NCBI GenBank assembly: GCA_050012075.1
Contig: JBEKHW010000002.1
Location: 47,518 to 111,517, forward strand
Direction of reading: 5' to 3'
Source: Candidatus Omnitrophota bacterium
Lineage (GTDB): Bacteria; Omnitrophota; Gorgyraeia; Gygaellales; Profunditerraquicolaceae
Length of the DNA stretch: 64,000 nt
Positions 19,035-28,705 of this stretch are shown here, piece after piece (position 1 is the stretch's first letter; each line of letters opens with the position of its first letter). The notes beneath the pieces are model-generated. The model had not been told where the DNA came from, did not search any database, and saw only the letters and a program-made list of their open reading frames with translations. Made by a program: the position numbers and the translations under genes.

Positions 19035-19988
19035 GTGTTTGTCGACCAGGTAAAGATAAAGGTTAAAGCAGGAGACGGCGGCCGCGGCTGCCGTAGTTTT
19101 TACCGTGATAAATACATGCGTAACGGTATTCCTGACGGCGGAGACGGAGGTAAAGGCGCGGATATTATCGTAAAGGCCGATCGTAACCTCTATACGCTTC
19201 TGGATTTTAAATATAACAGGCATTTTACCGGCCGCCACGGTGCTCACGGTTCAGGCAATAATAGAAAAGGTAAGGAATCCCCCAGCGTAGTTATACGCGT
19301 TCCTATTGGCACCGTAGTGAAAGAGGTGCCGAGCCAGTGTATACTCCGGGATTTAAAAGAGGATGGCGAGGAGTTCGTAGTTGCAGCAGGCGGCAGGGGT
19401 GGATTAGGTAACCGTAAAGGAAGGGAATCTACTCTCGGTGAGCCGGGCCAGGACAAGGAACTGGTTTTAGACCTTAAGCTTATCGCAGAGGCAGGGGTTA
19501 TCGGGTTTCCGAATGCGGGTAAATCAACCTTTATCAGCGCTGTTTCTAATGCCCATCCAAAAGTAGCGGCTTACCCCTTTACAACCAAGATTCCGGTATT
19601 AGGGGTTGTGCACGGGCACGGTAAAAGTTTTGTGATCGCGGATATACCAGGGCTGATAGAGGGATCTTCGCGTGGCAAGGGATTAGGGGATAAGTTTTTA
19701 AGGCATATTGAACGCACAAAGATCCTTATTCATATAGTGGATATGTCAGGGATGGAAGGCCGCGATCCGCTGGATGATTATAAGATTATAAGCCAGGAAT
19801 TAAAGAATTACAGTAAAGAGGTAGCGAGTAAAAAACGGATTATTGCCGCGAATAAAATGGATTTGGAAGGTGCGCAAGAAAATCTGAAAGAGTTCAAAAG
19901 AGCGGTTAAAAAAACAGTTTATCCTATTTCAGCGTTAAACAGGGAAGGCCTGGAGGAGATAATTGAAGCAGTTGCAAAAAGAATATAA
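19035..19988 (+). CDS. obg: GTPase Obg
   Basis: GTG start. FVDQVKIKVKAGDGGRG Obg fold plus G1-G4 motifs (GFPNAGKST, DIPG, NKMD). Confidence 0.9.
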   Translation: MFVDQVKIKVKAGDGGRGCRSFYRDKYMRNGIPDGGDGGKGADIIVKADRNLYTLLDFKYNRHFTGRHGAHGSGNNRKGKESPSVVIRVPIGTVVKEVPSQCILRDLKEDGEEFVVAAGGRGGLGNRKGRESTLGEPGQDKELVLDLKLIAEAGVIGFPNAGKSTFISAVSNAHPKVAAYPFTTKIPVLGVVHGHGKSFVIADIPGLIEGSSRGKGLGDKFLRHIERTKILIHIVDMSGMEGRDPLDDYKIISQELKNYSKEVASKKRIIAANKMDLEGAQENLKEFKRAVKKTVYPISALNREGLEEIIEAVAKRI

Positions 19989-21030
19989 GAGGATTGTCGT
20001 CAAGATAGGCTCAAGCCTCATGTATCAGGAAGAAGGCGGGTTTAGCCGTGCTAAAATCGGCGAAATTGTTTCCCAGGTTGCGGAATTGAGCTCTGCGGGC
20101 AAGGAGATAATATTGGTTTCTTCCGGTGCCATTGCGCTTGGTATGTCCATTTTAAAACTGCATACCCGTCCTAAGGAATTATCGGTATTACAGGCAGCGG
20201 CAGCAATAGGCCAGCATGAGCTCATGGATATTTATCGCGATTTCTTTAAGGAAAAAGGGCTTAACTGCGCGCAGTTGCTTTTGACCTGGGAAGATTTTGA
20301 CAATCGCAGGCGTTATCTAAACGCTAAAAATACTATTTCTACCCTGCTTAAATTGAAAAGTATACCTGTCGTTAATGAGAACGATACCGTATCTATCGAG
20401 GAGATTAAATTCGGCGATAATGACCAGCTTTCTGCGTTAGTAGCTACGCTTATCAACGCCGATTTATTAATTATACTTTCCGATGTAGATGGTCTCTTGG
20501 ACAGCGATAAGAAAGTTGTGTCTATGGTAGAGAAGATAAGTCCCCAGTTGAAAGCGCTCGCCTGCCCTACCAGCAAAAAAACCTGCGTGGGCGGGATGGT
20601 TACAAAAATAAAGGCAGCAGAGATCGCGGTAAGCGCTGCTATACCGTGTATCATAGCTAACGGTAGGAAAAAGAACGTCATTAAGTCGTGCGTCTTAGAG
20701 GCGCACAATACCGGCACCCTTTTCTTGCCAAAGATTACTTCGCTAACAGCAAGAAAACGCTGGATAGGGTTTGGCGCCAAGGCCAAAGGAAATATTATTG
20801 TTGATGAAGGCGCCAAGAAAGCGGTCTTTAATAACAAAAGCTTGCTTTCTGTAGGAGTGGCGGCATTACGGGGCGATTTTAAGAGTGGAGATATCGTCAG
20901 TATCTGTGATAAGGAGTGTGTTGAGTTTGCGCGGGGTAAAGTGGCGGTTAGCGCCAAACAATTAGAAAGTGTTAAAGGCAGGCGTTTTGAGAAAGAGATC
21001 GTGCATCGTGATAATATCGTAGTGCTATGA
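19963..21030 (+). CDS. proB: glutamate 5-kinase
   Basis: IVVKIGSS N-terminus, amino-acid kinase fold and C-terminal PUA-like domain. Overlaps the obg 3' end. Confidence 0.85.
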   Translation: MKQLQKEYKRIVVKIGSSLMYQEEGGFSRAKIGEIVSQVAELSSAGKEIILVSSGAIALGMSILKLHTRPKELSVLQAAAAIGQHELMDIYRDFFKEKGLNCAQLLLTWEDFDNRRRYLNAKNTISTLLKLKSIPVVNENDTVSIEEIKFGDNDQLSALVATLINADLLIILSDVDGLLDSDKKVVSMVEKISPQLKALACPTSKKTCVGGMVTKIKAAEIAVSAAIPCIIANGRKKNVIKSCVLEAHNTGTLFLPKITSLTARKRWIGFGAKAKGNIIVDEGAKKAVFNNKSLLSVGVAALRGDFKSGDIVSICDKECVEFARGKVAVSAKQLESVKGRRFEKEIVHRDNIVVL

Positions 21031-22292
21031 ACCTAAAAGAGGAACTTACAAATTTAGCTAAAGGCGCACAAGAGGTAGCCCGACAGTTAGTGAACCTGCC
21101 TTCACAGACCAAAAATAAGGTTCTTGAGGAGATGGCAGGAGCGCTTATCGCTAAGAAAAAAAAGATTCTGAATGCAAATGCCAGGGACCTGCGCAAGGCA
21201 AAGACAGATAAGTTATCCGCGGCTTTTATCGATAGGCTTACTCTTTCCGAGAAAAGGCTCAAAGAGATGTCTGATTCGTTATTGAAAATTGCAGAGCTCG
21301 AGGATCCTGTGGGGAAGTTGATAAAAGAATGGAAGGCGGAAAGCGGCCTTTCCATAAACAAAGTGCGCACTCCTATAGGGGTTCTGTTTATTATCTATGA
21401 ATCAAGGCCCAACGTTACCAGCGACTGTATCGGCTTGTGTTTTAAGGCGGGTAATAGCGTTATATTGCGCGGAGGTAGCGAATCCCTGAATTCAAACCTC
21501 GCAATATTTGGCGTGTTAAAGGAAGTGCTCAGGAAGAATAATATACCGGAAAATGCGGTGAGTATGGTTTCCACAACCGAGCGCCGGGCAGTAGATATAC
21601 TGCTTAAATTAAACGACTATATCGATCTGGTTATGCCGCGCGGAGGCCAAGGCCTGATTAAGCGTGTGGCCGAGCTCTCGCGCATACCCGTTATTAAACA
21701 CTACAAAGGGATATGCCACGTATATGTTGATGAGTGGGCAGATTTGAATATGGCAGAGAAGATTTGTTTTAATGCCAAGGTAGAGCGTCCAGGCGTATGT
21801 AACGCCATGGAAAGCATGCTTGTGCATAAAGACGCGGCTGTGCGTTTCCTGCCCGGTATGCTGAAGAAATTCCTGGAGGCAGGCGTAGAAATACGCGGCT
21901 GCGACATTACCATAAAGATCAGCCGCGGTGCAAAGGGCGTAGTTAAGGCAAAAGAAGAAGATTATTCTACCGAATACCTGGATTTGATCCTTTCGGTAAA
22001 AGTTGTCGAGAATATCGATGAGGCGATAAGGCATATCAATCATTACGGCTCACATCACTCTGATAGCATTGTTACCGATGATAAGGAGAGCGCCGCAAGA
22101 TTTCTTAAGGAAGTTGATTCCGCCTGCGTTTACGTTAATGCCTCAACCCGTTTTACCGACGGTAATCAATTCGGCATGGGAGCTGAGATAGGCATATCCA
22201 CGGATAAACTGCATGCCCGGGGGCCTATGGCGCTTGAAGAACTGACGACTTATAAATACCAGATCCATGGTAGTGGGCAAATAAGAACATAG
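21027..22292 (+). CDS. proA: gamma-glutamyl phosphate reductase
   Basis: ALDH-fold protein with ATGA overlap to proB. Typical ProA length and motifs. Confidence 0.85.
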   Translation: MNLKEELTNLAKGAQEVARQLVNLPSQTKNKVLEEMAGALIAKKKKILNANARDLRKAKTDKLSAAFIDRLTLSEKRLKEMSDSLLKIAELEDPVGKLIKEWKAESGLSINKVRTPIGVLFIIYESRPNVTSDCIGLCFKAGNSVILRGGSESLNSNLAIFGVLKEVLRKNNIPENAVSMVSTTERRAVDILLKLNDYIDLVMPRGGQGLIKRVAELSRIPVIKHYKGICHVYVDEWADLNMAEKICFNAKVERPGVCNAMESMLVHKDAAVRFLPGMLKKFLEAGVEIRGCDITIKISRGAKGVVKAKEEDYSTEYLDLILSVKVVENIDEAIRHINHYGSHHSDSIVTDDKESAARFLKEVDSACVYVNASTRFTDGNQFGMGAEIGISTDKLHARGPMALEELTTYKYQIHGSGQIRT

Positions 22293-22380
22293 AATTACGT
22301 CGTGCGTCTTGCGTTGTGCATCGTGAGTTCTTTAAACGTAGAACGCATAGCGCATAACGCAAAACACATAACCAAGTGCT

Positions 22381-22947
22381 ATGAAAATAGGTATATTAGG
22401 CGGCACATTTAATCCCGTTCATACCGGACACTTAATCCTCGCAGAGGAGGCAAGGGAGAAATTAGGCCTGGATAAAGTCATATTTGTGCCTGCATTCCTG
22501 CCGCCGCATAAAGATAACGGGGATATAACGAGTGCCGCTGACCGTTTAAAGATGGTAAAACTCGCCATAAAGGACAACAGGTATTTTTCCTTTTCTGACA
22601 CAGAGATAAAAAGAGCGGGCCGCTCTTACACTATAGACACTATCCGGCAGCTTAAAGAGAAATATACTGATGATGAGTTGTATTTTGTTATCGGTTCAGA
22701 CCTACTGAAATATCTGGAGGAATGGAAAGACCTGAACCAGATCCTGGAGATGGTTAGGTTCATTGTTGCGACGCGCCCAGGTTATCCGTTAGACAAAATT
22801 CCTTCTTATATCAAAACAATGGCTATCCGGGCAGTGGATATATCCGCCTTTGAGATACGCGAAGCGATAAAAGAGAATAAGTCTTTCCGTTACCTTGTCC
22901 CGGATGGGGTTTATAAATATATTACAAAAAAAGGACTCTATAAATGA
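22381..22947 (+). CDS. nadD: nicotinate-nucleotide adenylyltransferase
   Basis: MKIGILGGTFNPVHTGHL (HxGH nucleotidyltransferase). Confidence 0.85.
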   Translation: MKIGILGGTFNPVHTGHLILAEEAREKLGLDKVIFVPAFLPPHKDNGDITSAADRLKMVKLAIKDNRYFSFSDTEIKRAGRSYTIDTIRQLKEKYTDDELYFVIGSDLLKYLEEWKDLNQILEMVRFIVATRPGYPLDKIPSYIKTMAIRAVDISAFEIREAIKENKSFRYLVPDGVYKYITKKGLYK

Positions 22948-23588
22948 GAATAAAGGTAGCGCCGTCATTACTGTCTGCTGATTTTGCAAATCTCGCCCGG
23001 GAGATAAAAAGCGTAGAACGGGCAGGGGCAGACCTTTTGCATATCGATGTAATGGATGGGCATTTTGTACCCAATATCACAATAGGCCCGGTTGTGGTAA
23101 AGTATATCCGCAGGATTACGGATCTTACCTTGGATGTGCATCTTATGATTGAGAATCCCCAAAGATACCTGGAATCGTTTATTCTGGCGGGAAGCGATAT
23201 GATTACCGTCCATATTGAGGTTGTCTCTATGGCCGGGCTAAGGGCTATGAGCCGAAAGTTAAGGGCTAGAAAGATTAAATTTGGGATTTCTCTGAATCCG
23301 TCGACGCCTTTATCGAAAATCAAGGAGGCTCTTGCCTACGTTGATTTTGTCCTGGTTATGTCGGTAAATCCGGGCTTCGGAGGGCAGAAGTTTATTTCGG
23401 GAGTTGTTACTAAAATAAGAAAGTTACGCTCTGTATTCGATAAGGATATCGCCGTAGACGGCGGAATAAATGAACAGACCGCAAAATGCGTAATAAAAGC
23501 AGGCGCGAATATTCTTGCGGCGGGCTCCTATATTTTTGGGTCCAGGAACAGGAAAAAAGCCATAGAAAGGATAAGGAATGCAGGCTAA
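22944..23588 (+). CDS. rpe: ribulose-phosphate 3-epimerase
   Basis: VAPSLLSADFANL...HIDVMDGHFVPN. Confidence 0.9.
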   Translation: MRIKVAPSLLSADFANLAREIKSVERAGADLLHIDVMDGHFVPNITIGPVVVKYIRRITDLTLDVHLMIENPQRYLESFILAGSDMITVHIEVVSMAGLRAMSRKLRARKIKFGISLNPSTPLSKIKEALAYVDFVLVMSVNPGFGGQKFISGVVTKIRKLRSVFDKDIAVDGGINEQTAKCVIKAGANILAAGSYIFGSRNRKKAIERIRNAG

Positions 23589-24957
23589 TACACCAATTAA
23601 GTTTGGCACCGACGGTTGGCGGGCGATTATTGCGGATACCTATACTTTTGAAAACGTAAGAATTATTTCCCAGGCAGTGGCTGATTATCTGGGGAGCGGA
23701 AAGCGTGTCGCCGTAGGTTTTGATACGCGTTTTCTCTCCGGAGAATTTGCTTATGCCGCGGCAGAGGTTCTGGCTAATAATGGTATAAAGGCGCTTTTAT
23801 CTGATAGGCCGATACCCACTCCGACTTTAAGTTTTGCGGTAAAGAACAGGTCTATGGACTTGGGGATAATGATTACAGCGTCGCACAATCCTGCCGAATA
23901 CAATGGTTACAAGATCAAGGTTTCTTCAGGCGGTGCCGCAGGGTCTGAGGTTACAGCCAAGATAGAGTCCCTGTTACTGAAAAACCCGGTTAAGGCAGAT
24001 AAGCACACTGGTAACCTCATTAAGAAAGAAGACATTACCATAGATTACGTGCGTTTTCTACGTTCTTATATAGACCTCAAGATCATCAGGAACAAGAAAT
24101 TCAAAGTCCTGGTTGATGCCATGTATGGTTCCGGCCATAGTTTTGTTGCCGAGGTATTAAAAGGCACAAAGATAAAAATAGAATTTATGCGTGATACCGT
24201 TAATCCCTCTTTTGGAGGAAGGCGGCCGGAGCCGGTGGAGGAAAACTTAGAAGAACTAAAAGAAAGGGTAAGAAAGGAAAAATTTGATTTGGGTATTGCT
24301 TTGGATGGAGACGCAGACAGGATTGCGGCAGTTGCCCCCGGAGGAATTTTCATCCATCCGCAAAAAATCCTGGGGTTACTCGTGTTACATCTTAACCAGG
24401 ATAGGCACCTAAGCGGCGGTATCGTAAAGACGATATGCGGCACGACGATGGTAGACCATATTGCCGATTTCCTTAAAATCAAACTATATGAGACTCCGGT
24501 GGGATTTAAATATATCTCTAACCTTATGGAAACAGAAGATATCGTAGCAGGCGGAGAAGAGGCAGGCGGCATGGGGGTTAAAAATTATATTCCGGAACGC
24601 GACGGCAGTATGGCCGGGCTATTGTTGCTGGAGATGATGGCTTACCGCAATAAAAATATTTTAAAGATTTTGAATGAAATGGAAAAACAATTCGGCAGAT
24701 ACTATTATCTCCGCTGCGACCTTAAGTTAAAAGAGCACAGAGAGCCGAAAGCAGACGACCTCCCCCGTGAACTTCTGGGTAAAAAGGTGGTCAATATCAA
24801 GGATTATGACGGCGTAAAACTTATTCTCTCCGATGATAGCTGGCTTATGTTCCGGGGCTCAGGCACAGAGCCGATAATGCGTATTTATTCTGAAAGTAAG
24901 AGCCTTAAGCAGGCAAAGGCATTATTGAAGCTTGGCGAGAAGATAATTTTGAGCTAA
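23578..24957 (+). CDS. alpha-D-phosphohexomutase (phosphoglucomutase/phosphomannomutase family)
   Basis: Active-site Ser loop TASHNPAEYNGYK and Mg-binding DGDADR. Confidence 0.75.
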   Translation: MQANTPIKFGTDGWRAIIADTYTFENVRIISQAVADYLGSGKRVAVGFDTRFLSGEFAYAAAEVLANNGIKALLSDRPIPTPTLSFAVKNRSMDLGIMITASHNPAEYNGYKIKVSSGGAAGSEVTAKIESLLLKNPVKADKHTGNLIKKEDITIDYVRFLRSYIDLKIIRNKKFKVLVDAMYGSGHSFVAEVLKGTKIKIEFMRDTVNPSFGGRRPEPVEENLEELKERVRKEKFDLGIALDGDADRIAAVAPGGIFIHPQKILGLLVLHLNQDRHLSGGIVKTICGTTMVDHIADFLKIKLYETPVGFKYISNLMETEDIVAGGEEAGGMGVKNYIPERDGSMAGLLLLEMMAYRNKNILKILNEMEKQFGRYYYLRCDLKLKEHREPKADDLPRELLGKKVVNIKDYDGVKLILSDDSWLMFRGSGTEPIMRIYSESKSLKQAKALLKLGEKIILS

Positions 24958-25554
24958 TTGATGCTTTATTATGTAGGAAAATTTCTCTGTTTTTTGATAT
25001 ATGGCACGTTTTTGCATCTGCGGGTAGAAGGACGCCAGAATATCCCGCGGCGGGGAGGTTTTATTATCGCCTCCAATCATATCAGTTATCTTGACCCGCC
25101 AGGCGTCGGAGTTGCCTGTCCGCGCAGGTTAAGTTACATGGCAAGGCATGATTTATTCAGTAATCATTGGTTTTCTTGGGCTCTTCCTTCTATTGGTTGT
25201 TTCCCGGTGAAAAGGGGCTCCGCGGATATATCCGCCTTAAAAGAAGCAATACGCCGGGTGAACAACGGAGGAGGATTACTTCTTTTTCCCGAGGGGGCGC
25301 GCCAGGAGGCTCATATTGCAAAAGAGCCGGAGGCGGGAATAGGTTTTCTGGTAGCGAAATTAAATGTTCCGGTTATTCCTGTTTACGTAAGAGGAACAGA
25401 AAAAGCGTTATCCAAGGGTTCCAAGTTTATAAAACCTGCGAAGGTTTCTGTTTGCTTCGGCAGACAAATTCAGATAGAAAGGGGGAAGTCGTACCAGGAG
25501 ATAGCATCTACGGTAATGTCGCACATAAGGGCTTTAGGCCTAGAACACAAATAA
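24958..25554 (+). CDS. plsC: 1-acyl-sn-glycerol-3-phosphate acyltransferase
   Basis: NHISYLD (HX4D) and FPEGAR motifs. Confidence 0.75.
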   Translation: MMLYYVGKFLCFLIYGTFLHLRVEGRQNIPRRGGFIIASNHISYLDPPGVGVACPRRLSYMARHDLFSNHWFSWALPSIGCFPVKRGSADISALKEAIRRVNNGGGLLLFPEGARQEAHIAKEPEAGIGFLVAKLNVPVIPVYVRGTEKALSKGSKFIKPAKVSVCFGRQIQIERGKSYQEIASTVMSHIRALGLEHK

Positions 25555-25575
25555 GTGAGTCCGCCAAAGTTCTGT

Positions 25576-25745
25576 GGCGGACGAACTTATCCCCCCGCGT
25601 TTTTGTATAGCAGGGGGGTTAATTCACAGACGCTTATAGACAATTAAAATAACAAACGCTATGTCTTACGTCCCCAGCACTTATTTGCTTAAGTTAAAGT
25701 CAGTTCAAATAAGTGCTGGGTTCCGTAAGCCATCTGTTCATTAAA
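25576..25745 (+). repeat. intergenic conserved element family A, copy 1 (candidate structured RNA / repeat)
   Basis: Shares GCGGAC..TTATCC, TAATTCACAGACGCTNATAGACAA, ACGCTA and TCTGTTCATTAAA boxes with 60645-60778. Its two hairpins, CCCCCC/GGGGGG and CCCAGCACTTATTTG/CAAATAAGTGCTGGG, are replaced by different but still self-complementary sequences in copy 2. Confidence 0.45.
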
Positions 25746-25760
25746 AGGAGAAATACTCAA

Positions 25761-27302
25761 ATGTCCGATACAAGAAATGAATTAGAAGAGCTTTATAATC
25801 AAAGCATAAAGTTGATTCGCGAAGGCCAGATAATTACCGGAAAGATAGTTTCCGTTGGCCGTAAAGAAGTTTTGGTGGACGTGGGGTTTAAGTCCGAAGG
25901 GATCGTCCCGCTTGCAGAGTTTACGCAACATGATTTAGAGGTAGGCAAAGAACTGGAATTCTTTGTGGATTCCCTTGAGAACGATGCCGGGGGTATCGGA
26001 TTATCGCGCGAGAAGGCGATACGTATACACGGCTGGGATAAAATCGTAAAATTCTCCCAGACGGGTGAATTGACCGACGGCAGGCCTGTCAAGAAAGTAA
26101 AAGGCGGATTCCTGGTAGACGTGATGGGTATCGAAGGATTCCTGCCCTCATCGCTTTCTGCTTTTAAAAATGTGCCTGACAGGGAGATTATGAATAAGTT
26201 CTTTAAATTCAAGATTGTCAAAGTAAATAATCTCAGGCGCAGTATTATCGTAAGCCGCCGCGAGGCCGTGCAGAAGGAAAGAGACGAGGTTAAGGATAAG
26301 CTGTGGCAGGAGTTTAAGATAGGAGATATACGTACAGGCACGGTAAAGGCAATTACTGATTTCGGCGCTTTTGTCGATATGGGTGGAGTCGACGGGCTAC
26401 TGCATATTACCGATATGTCCTGGTCTAAGATCAGCCATCCTTCTGAAGCGGTTGCCATAGGCGACAAGATAGAGGTAATGGTTCTTAATTTTGACAAAGA
26501 ACATGGCAAGGTTTCCTTGGGTCTAAAACAGAGATTGCCTGATCCTTGGCAGGAGATAGACACAAAATTCAAAGTAGGCGATAAGATAAAAGGCAAGGTA
26601 GTTAATATCGTTGCATACGGTGTTTTTGTGGAATTGGATAAGGGTATCGAAGGCCTGATACATATCTCGGAGATATCCTGGACCAAACGCGTCTCTAATC
26701 CAAATGAAATGTTTGCCGTAGGGGATATGGTAGAGACGCAGGTATTGAATATCGATAAGGATGCGCGTAGAATCTCCCTTAGCCTTAAGCAACTGGAAGC
26801 TAATCCCTGGCTTGAGGCCGAGGCAAAATACCCTGTAGGCACAAAGGTATCGGGAAAGGTGAGAGGGTTTGCCGAATACGGCGCTTTTGTGGAACTGGAT
26901 AACAGCCTCGAAGGTATGATTCACGTTTCTGATATTTCCTGGACAAAAAGGATAGCGCATCCCCAGGAGGTATTAAAAAAAGGACAGAAGGTGGAAGTAG
27001 TAATCCTTACCGTAGATGCGCAAAACCGGCGCATTTCCCTTGGGCTCAAGCAGCTGCAGCCGAATCCCTGGCCGGAAATATCGGTAAAATATCCTCTGGA
27101 TACTGTATTAGAGGTAGAGGTAATCAGCCTTACTGATTTCGGCGTGTTCGTGAAATTAGAACCGGAGTTGGAAGGGTTGGTTTACTCAAGCGAGATTGAT
27201 AAGGAAGTAGCTGCTAACCTTAAAGCCGGAGATAAGATTAAGGTGAAGGTGATAAAGGTTGATACGGAGCAAGCAAAGATTGGTCTTAGCGCAAAGATAT
27301 AA
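25761..27302 (+). CDS. rpsA: 30S ribosomal protein S1
   Basis: Multiple tandem S1 domains. Start chosen at the ATG preceded by AAGGAG rather than the upstream in-frame ATG at 25713. Confidence 0.9.
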   Translation: MSDTRNELEELYNQSIKLIREGQIITGKIVSVGRKEVLVDVGFKSEGIVPLAEFTQHDLEVGKELEFFVDSLENDAGGIGLSREKAIRIHGWDKIVKFSQTGELTDGRPVKKVKGGFLVDVMGIEGFLPSSLSAFKNVPDREIMNKFFKFKIVKVNNLRRSIIVSRREAVQKERDEVKDKLWQEFKIGDIRTGTVKAITDFGAFVDMGGVDGLLHITDMSWSKISHPSEAVAIGDKIEVMVLNFDKEHGKVSLGLKQRLPDPWQEIDTKFKVGDKIKGKVVNIVAYGVFVELDKGIEGLIHISEISWTKRVSNPNEMFAVGDMVETQVLNIDKDARRISLSLKQLEANPWLEAEAKYPVGTKVSGKVRGFAEYGAFVELDNSLEGMIHVSDISWTKRIAHPQEVLKKGQKVEVVILTVDAQNRRISLGLKQLQPNPWPEISVKYPLDTVLEVEVISLTDFGVFVKLEPELEGLVYSSEIDKEVAANLKAGDKIKVKVIKVDTEQAKIGLSAKI

Positions 27303-27308
27303 TAGAAG

Positions 27309-28484
27309 ATGAAGAAGGTTGATGTTAATAAACAGCTGGAGATAATCAGGCGAGGGGCGGTTGAGATAATCTCAGAGGATGAACTGAGAAAGAAACTCGA
27401 GCGCTCCCTGGCTCGTAACACACCGCTTAAGGTCAAGGCCGGATTCGACCCGACGGCACCCGACATACACCTGGGACATACCGTGCTACTTAGGAAAATG
27501 CGGCAATTCCAGGAATTAGGGCATGAGGTTTATTTCCTTATCGGCGATTTTACCGGCCAGATAGGAGATCCTACCGGCAGGTCGGAAACAAGAAAACAGT
27601 TAACCAGGGAAGAGGTTTCTAAGAATGCTGCTACTTACAAGAAACAGATATCCAAGATTTTAGATATCGAAAGGCTGAAAATTGTTTTTAACAGCAGCTG
27701 GTTTGAAAAAATGTCGGTGTTGGATATGTTAAAGCTTACTGCGCATGCGACAGTTTCTCAGATGCTGGCCCGGGCAGATTTTAAGAAAAGATTGTCAAAG
27801 AATGAAGACATCTCGCTCCTGGAGTTTATGTATCCGCTCTTACAGGGGTATGATTCGGTGAAGCTTTCGGCGGATGTAGAGTTAGGCGGCACAGACCAGA
27901 TTTTTAACCTTTTGGTGGGAAGGGATATGCAGAAGGATTTCGGCCAAGAGCAGCAGGTGGTTATCACCATGCCGCTTTTAGAGGGCACTGATGGCGGCCA
28001 GAAGATGAGCAAATCCTACGCCAATTATATCGGGATAAATGAGCTGCCCACAGAAATATTCGGCAAGGTTATGTCCATTCCCGACGAGCTCATGTTTAAA
28101 TACTACGAACTTCTTACGGATGAAGATTTAGGCAGCGTAAGGAAGATGCATCCTAAAGATGCCAAAATCAGGCTCGCCAAGATTATCATCGGCCAGTATC
28201 ACTCCGAGAAAGATGCCGATAAGGCAGCTCTGGAGTTTGAGCGGGTTTTTGCCCAGAAAGGATCTCCTTCTAGTATGCTGCTTTACCGGCTTACCGGGGA
28301 AAAGAAGCTTATCGATATCATCATTGAATCCGGGCTTGTATCCAGCAAGAATGAAGTCCGGCGCCTTATCGCCGGAGGCGGGATTTACCTCGACGGCGAG
28401 CGGATCGATAAGGAAGATGCTGTTATTAATAAAGCAGGCGTGCTTAAAGTCGGTAAACGCCGTTTCCTGAAGCTTGAGAAATAA
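27309..28484 (+). CDS. tyrS: tyrosine--tRNA ligase
   Basis: HLGH (HIGH) and KMSKS motifs, plus a C-terminal S4-like domain. Confidence 0.9.
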   Translation: MKKVDVNKQLEIIRRGAVEIISEDELRKKLERSLARNTPLKVKAGFDPTAPDIHLGHTVLLRKMRQFQELGHEVYFLIGDFTGQIGDPTGRSETRKQLTREEVSKNAATYKKQISKILDIERLKIVFNSSWFEKMSVLDMLKLTAHATVSQMLARADFKKRLSKNEDISLLEFMYPLLQGYDSVKLSADVELGGTDQIFNLLVGRDMQKDFGQEQQVVITMPLLEGTDGGQKMSKSYANYIGINELPTEIFGKVMSIPDELMFKYYELLTDEDLGSVRKMHPKDAKIRLAKIIIGQYHSEKDADKAALEFERVFAQKGSPSSMLLYRLTGEKKLIDIIIESGLVSSKNEVRRLIAGGGIYLDGERIDKEDAVINKAGVLKVGKRRFLKLEK

Positions 28485-28587
28485 CTACTCACCCTCCCGT
28501 TACACTTTCCTTCCCATGAGATACAAATATTCCGCAAAAATCTCGTTTTGAGGCGGATATTTGCATTCTTTTCCAGCAATTAACTCT

Positions 28588-28615
28588 TTGCAATCAAAGG
28601 ATTTAATGATATAAT
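28588..28615 (+). promoter_or_regulatory. sigma70-like promoter upstream of rmlA
   Basis: TTGCAA, a 16-nt spacer, then TATAAT. Confidence 0.4.
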
Positions 28616-28632
28616 AATTTTTTAAATTATAG

Positions 28633-28690
28633 TTCCGCGCATAGCGCGGAGTAAAATAAACGATACCTCTGGTGTATATCGTTTATTTTA
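28633..28690 (+). promoter_or_regulatory. conserved double-hairpin leader element (family B, copy 2)
   Basis: TCCGCGC-ATA-GCGCGGA hairpin, then AAATAAACGATA...TATCGTTTATTT hairpin, then AAAGGGAG RBS. Same architecture as copy 1, with compensatory G/A and C/T changes in both stems. Confidence 0.4.
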
Positions 28691-28705
28691 AAGGGAGAGC
28701 AAGGT

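Noticed and set aside
19963-19988. 26-nt overlap between obg and proB as a possible frameshift or fusion
   Set aside because: Both proteins are full-length and in different frames with intact termini. An alternative downstream start for proB cannot be excluded, but there is no evidence of a frameshift.
22293-22380. Repetitive CGTG/ACGCATA-rich spacer between proA and nadD as a possible riboswitch
   Set aside because: Only imperfect short inverted repeats and no recognisable riboswitch consensus. Noted only as a possible degenerate relative of the family B hairpin (GCATAGCGC core).
25167-25610. 147-aa ORF overlapping plsC in another frame
   Set aside because: Alternate-frame read-through of a well-supported gene. 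Arg/Gly-rich translation typical of an off-frame artefact.
25799-26842. 347-aa antisense ORF opposite rpsA, with similar long antisense ORFs opposite proB (20313-20957) and the phosphohexomutase (24066-24572)
   Set aside because: These are shadow ORFs on the strand opposite strongly supported conserved genes. Their translations are Ser/Pro/Thr/Leu-rich, low-complexity and without recognisable motifs.
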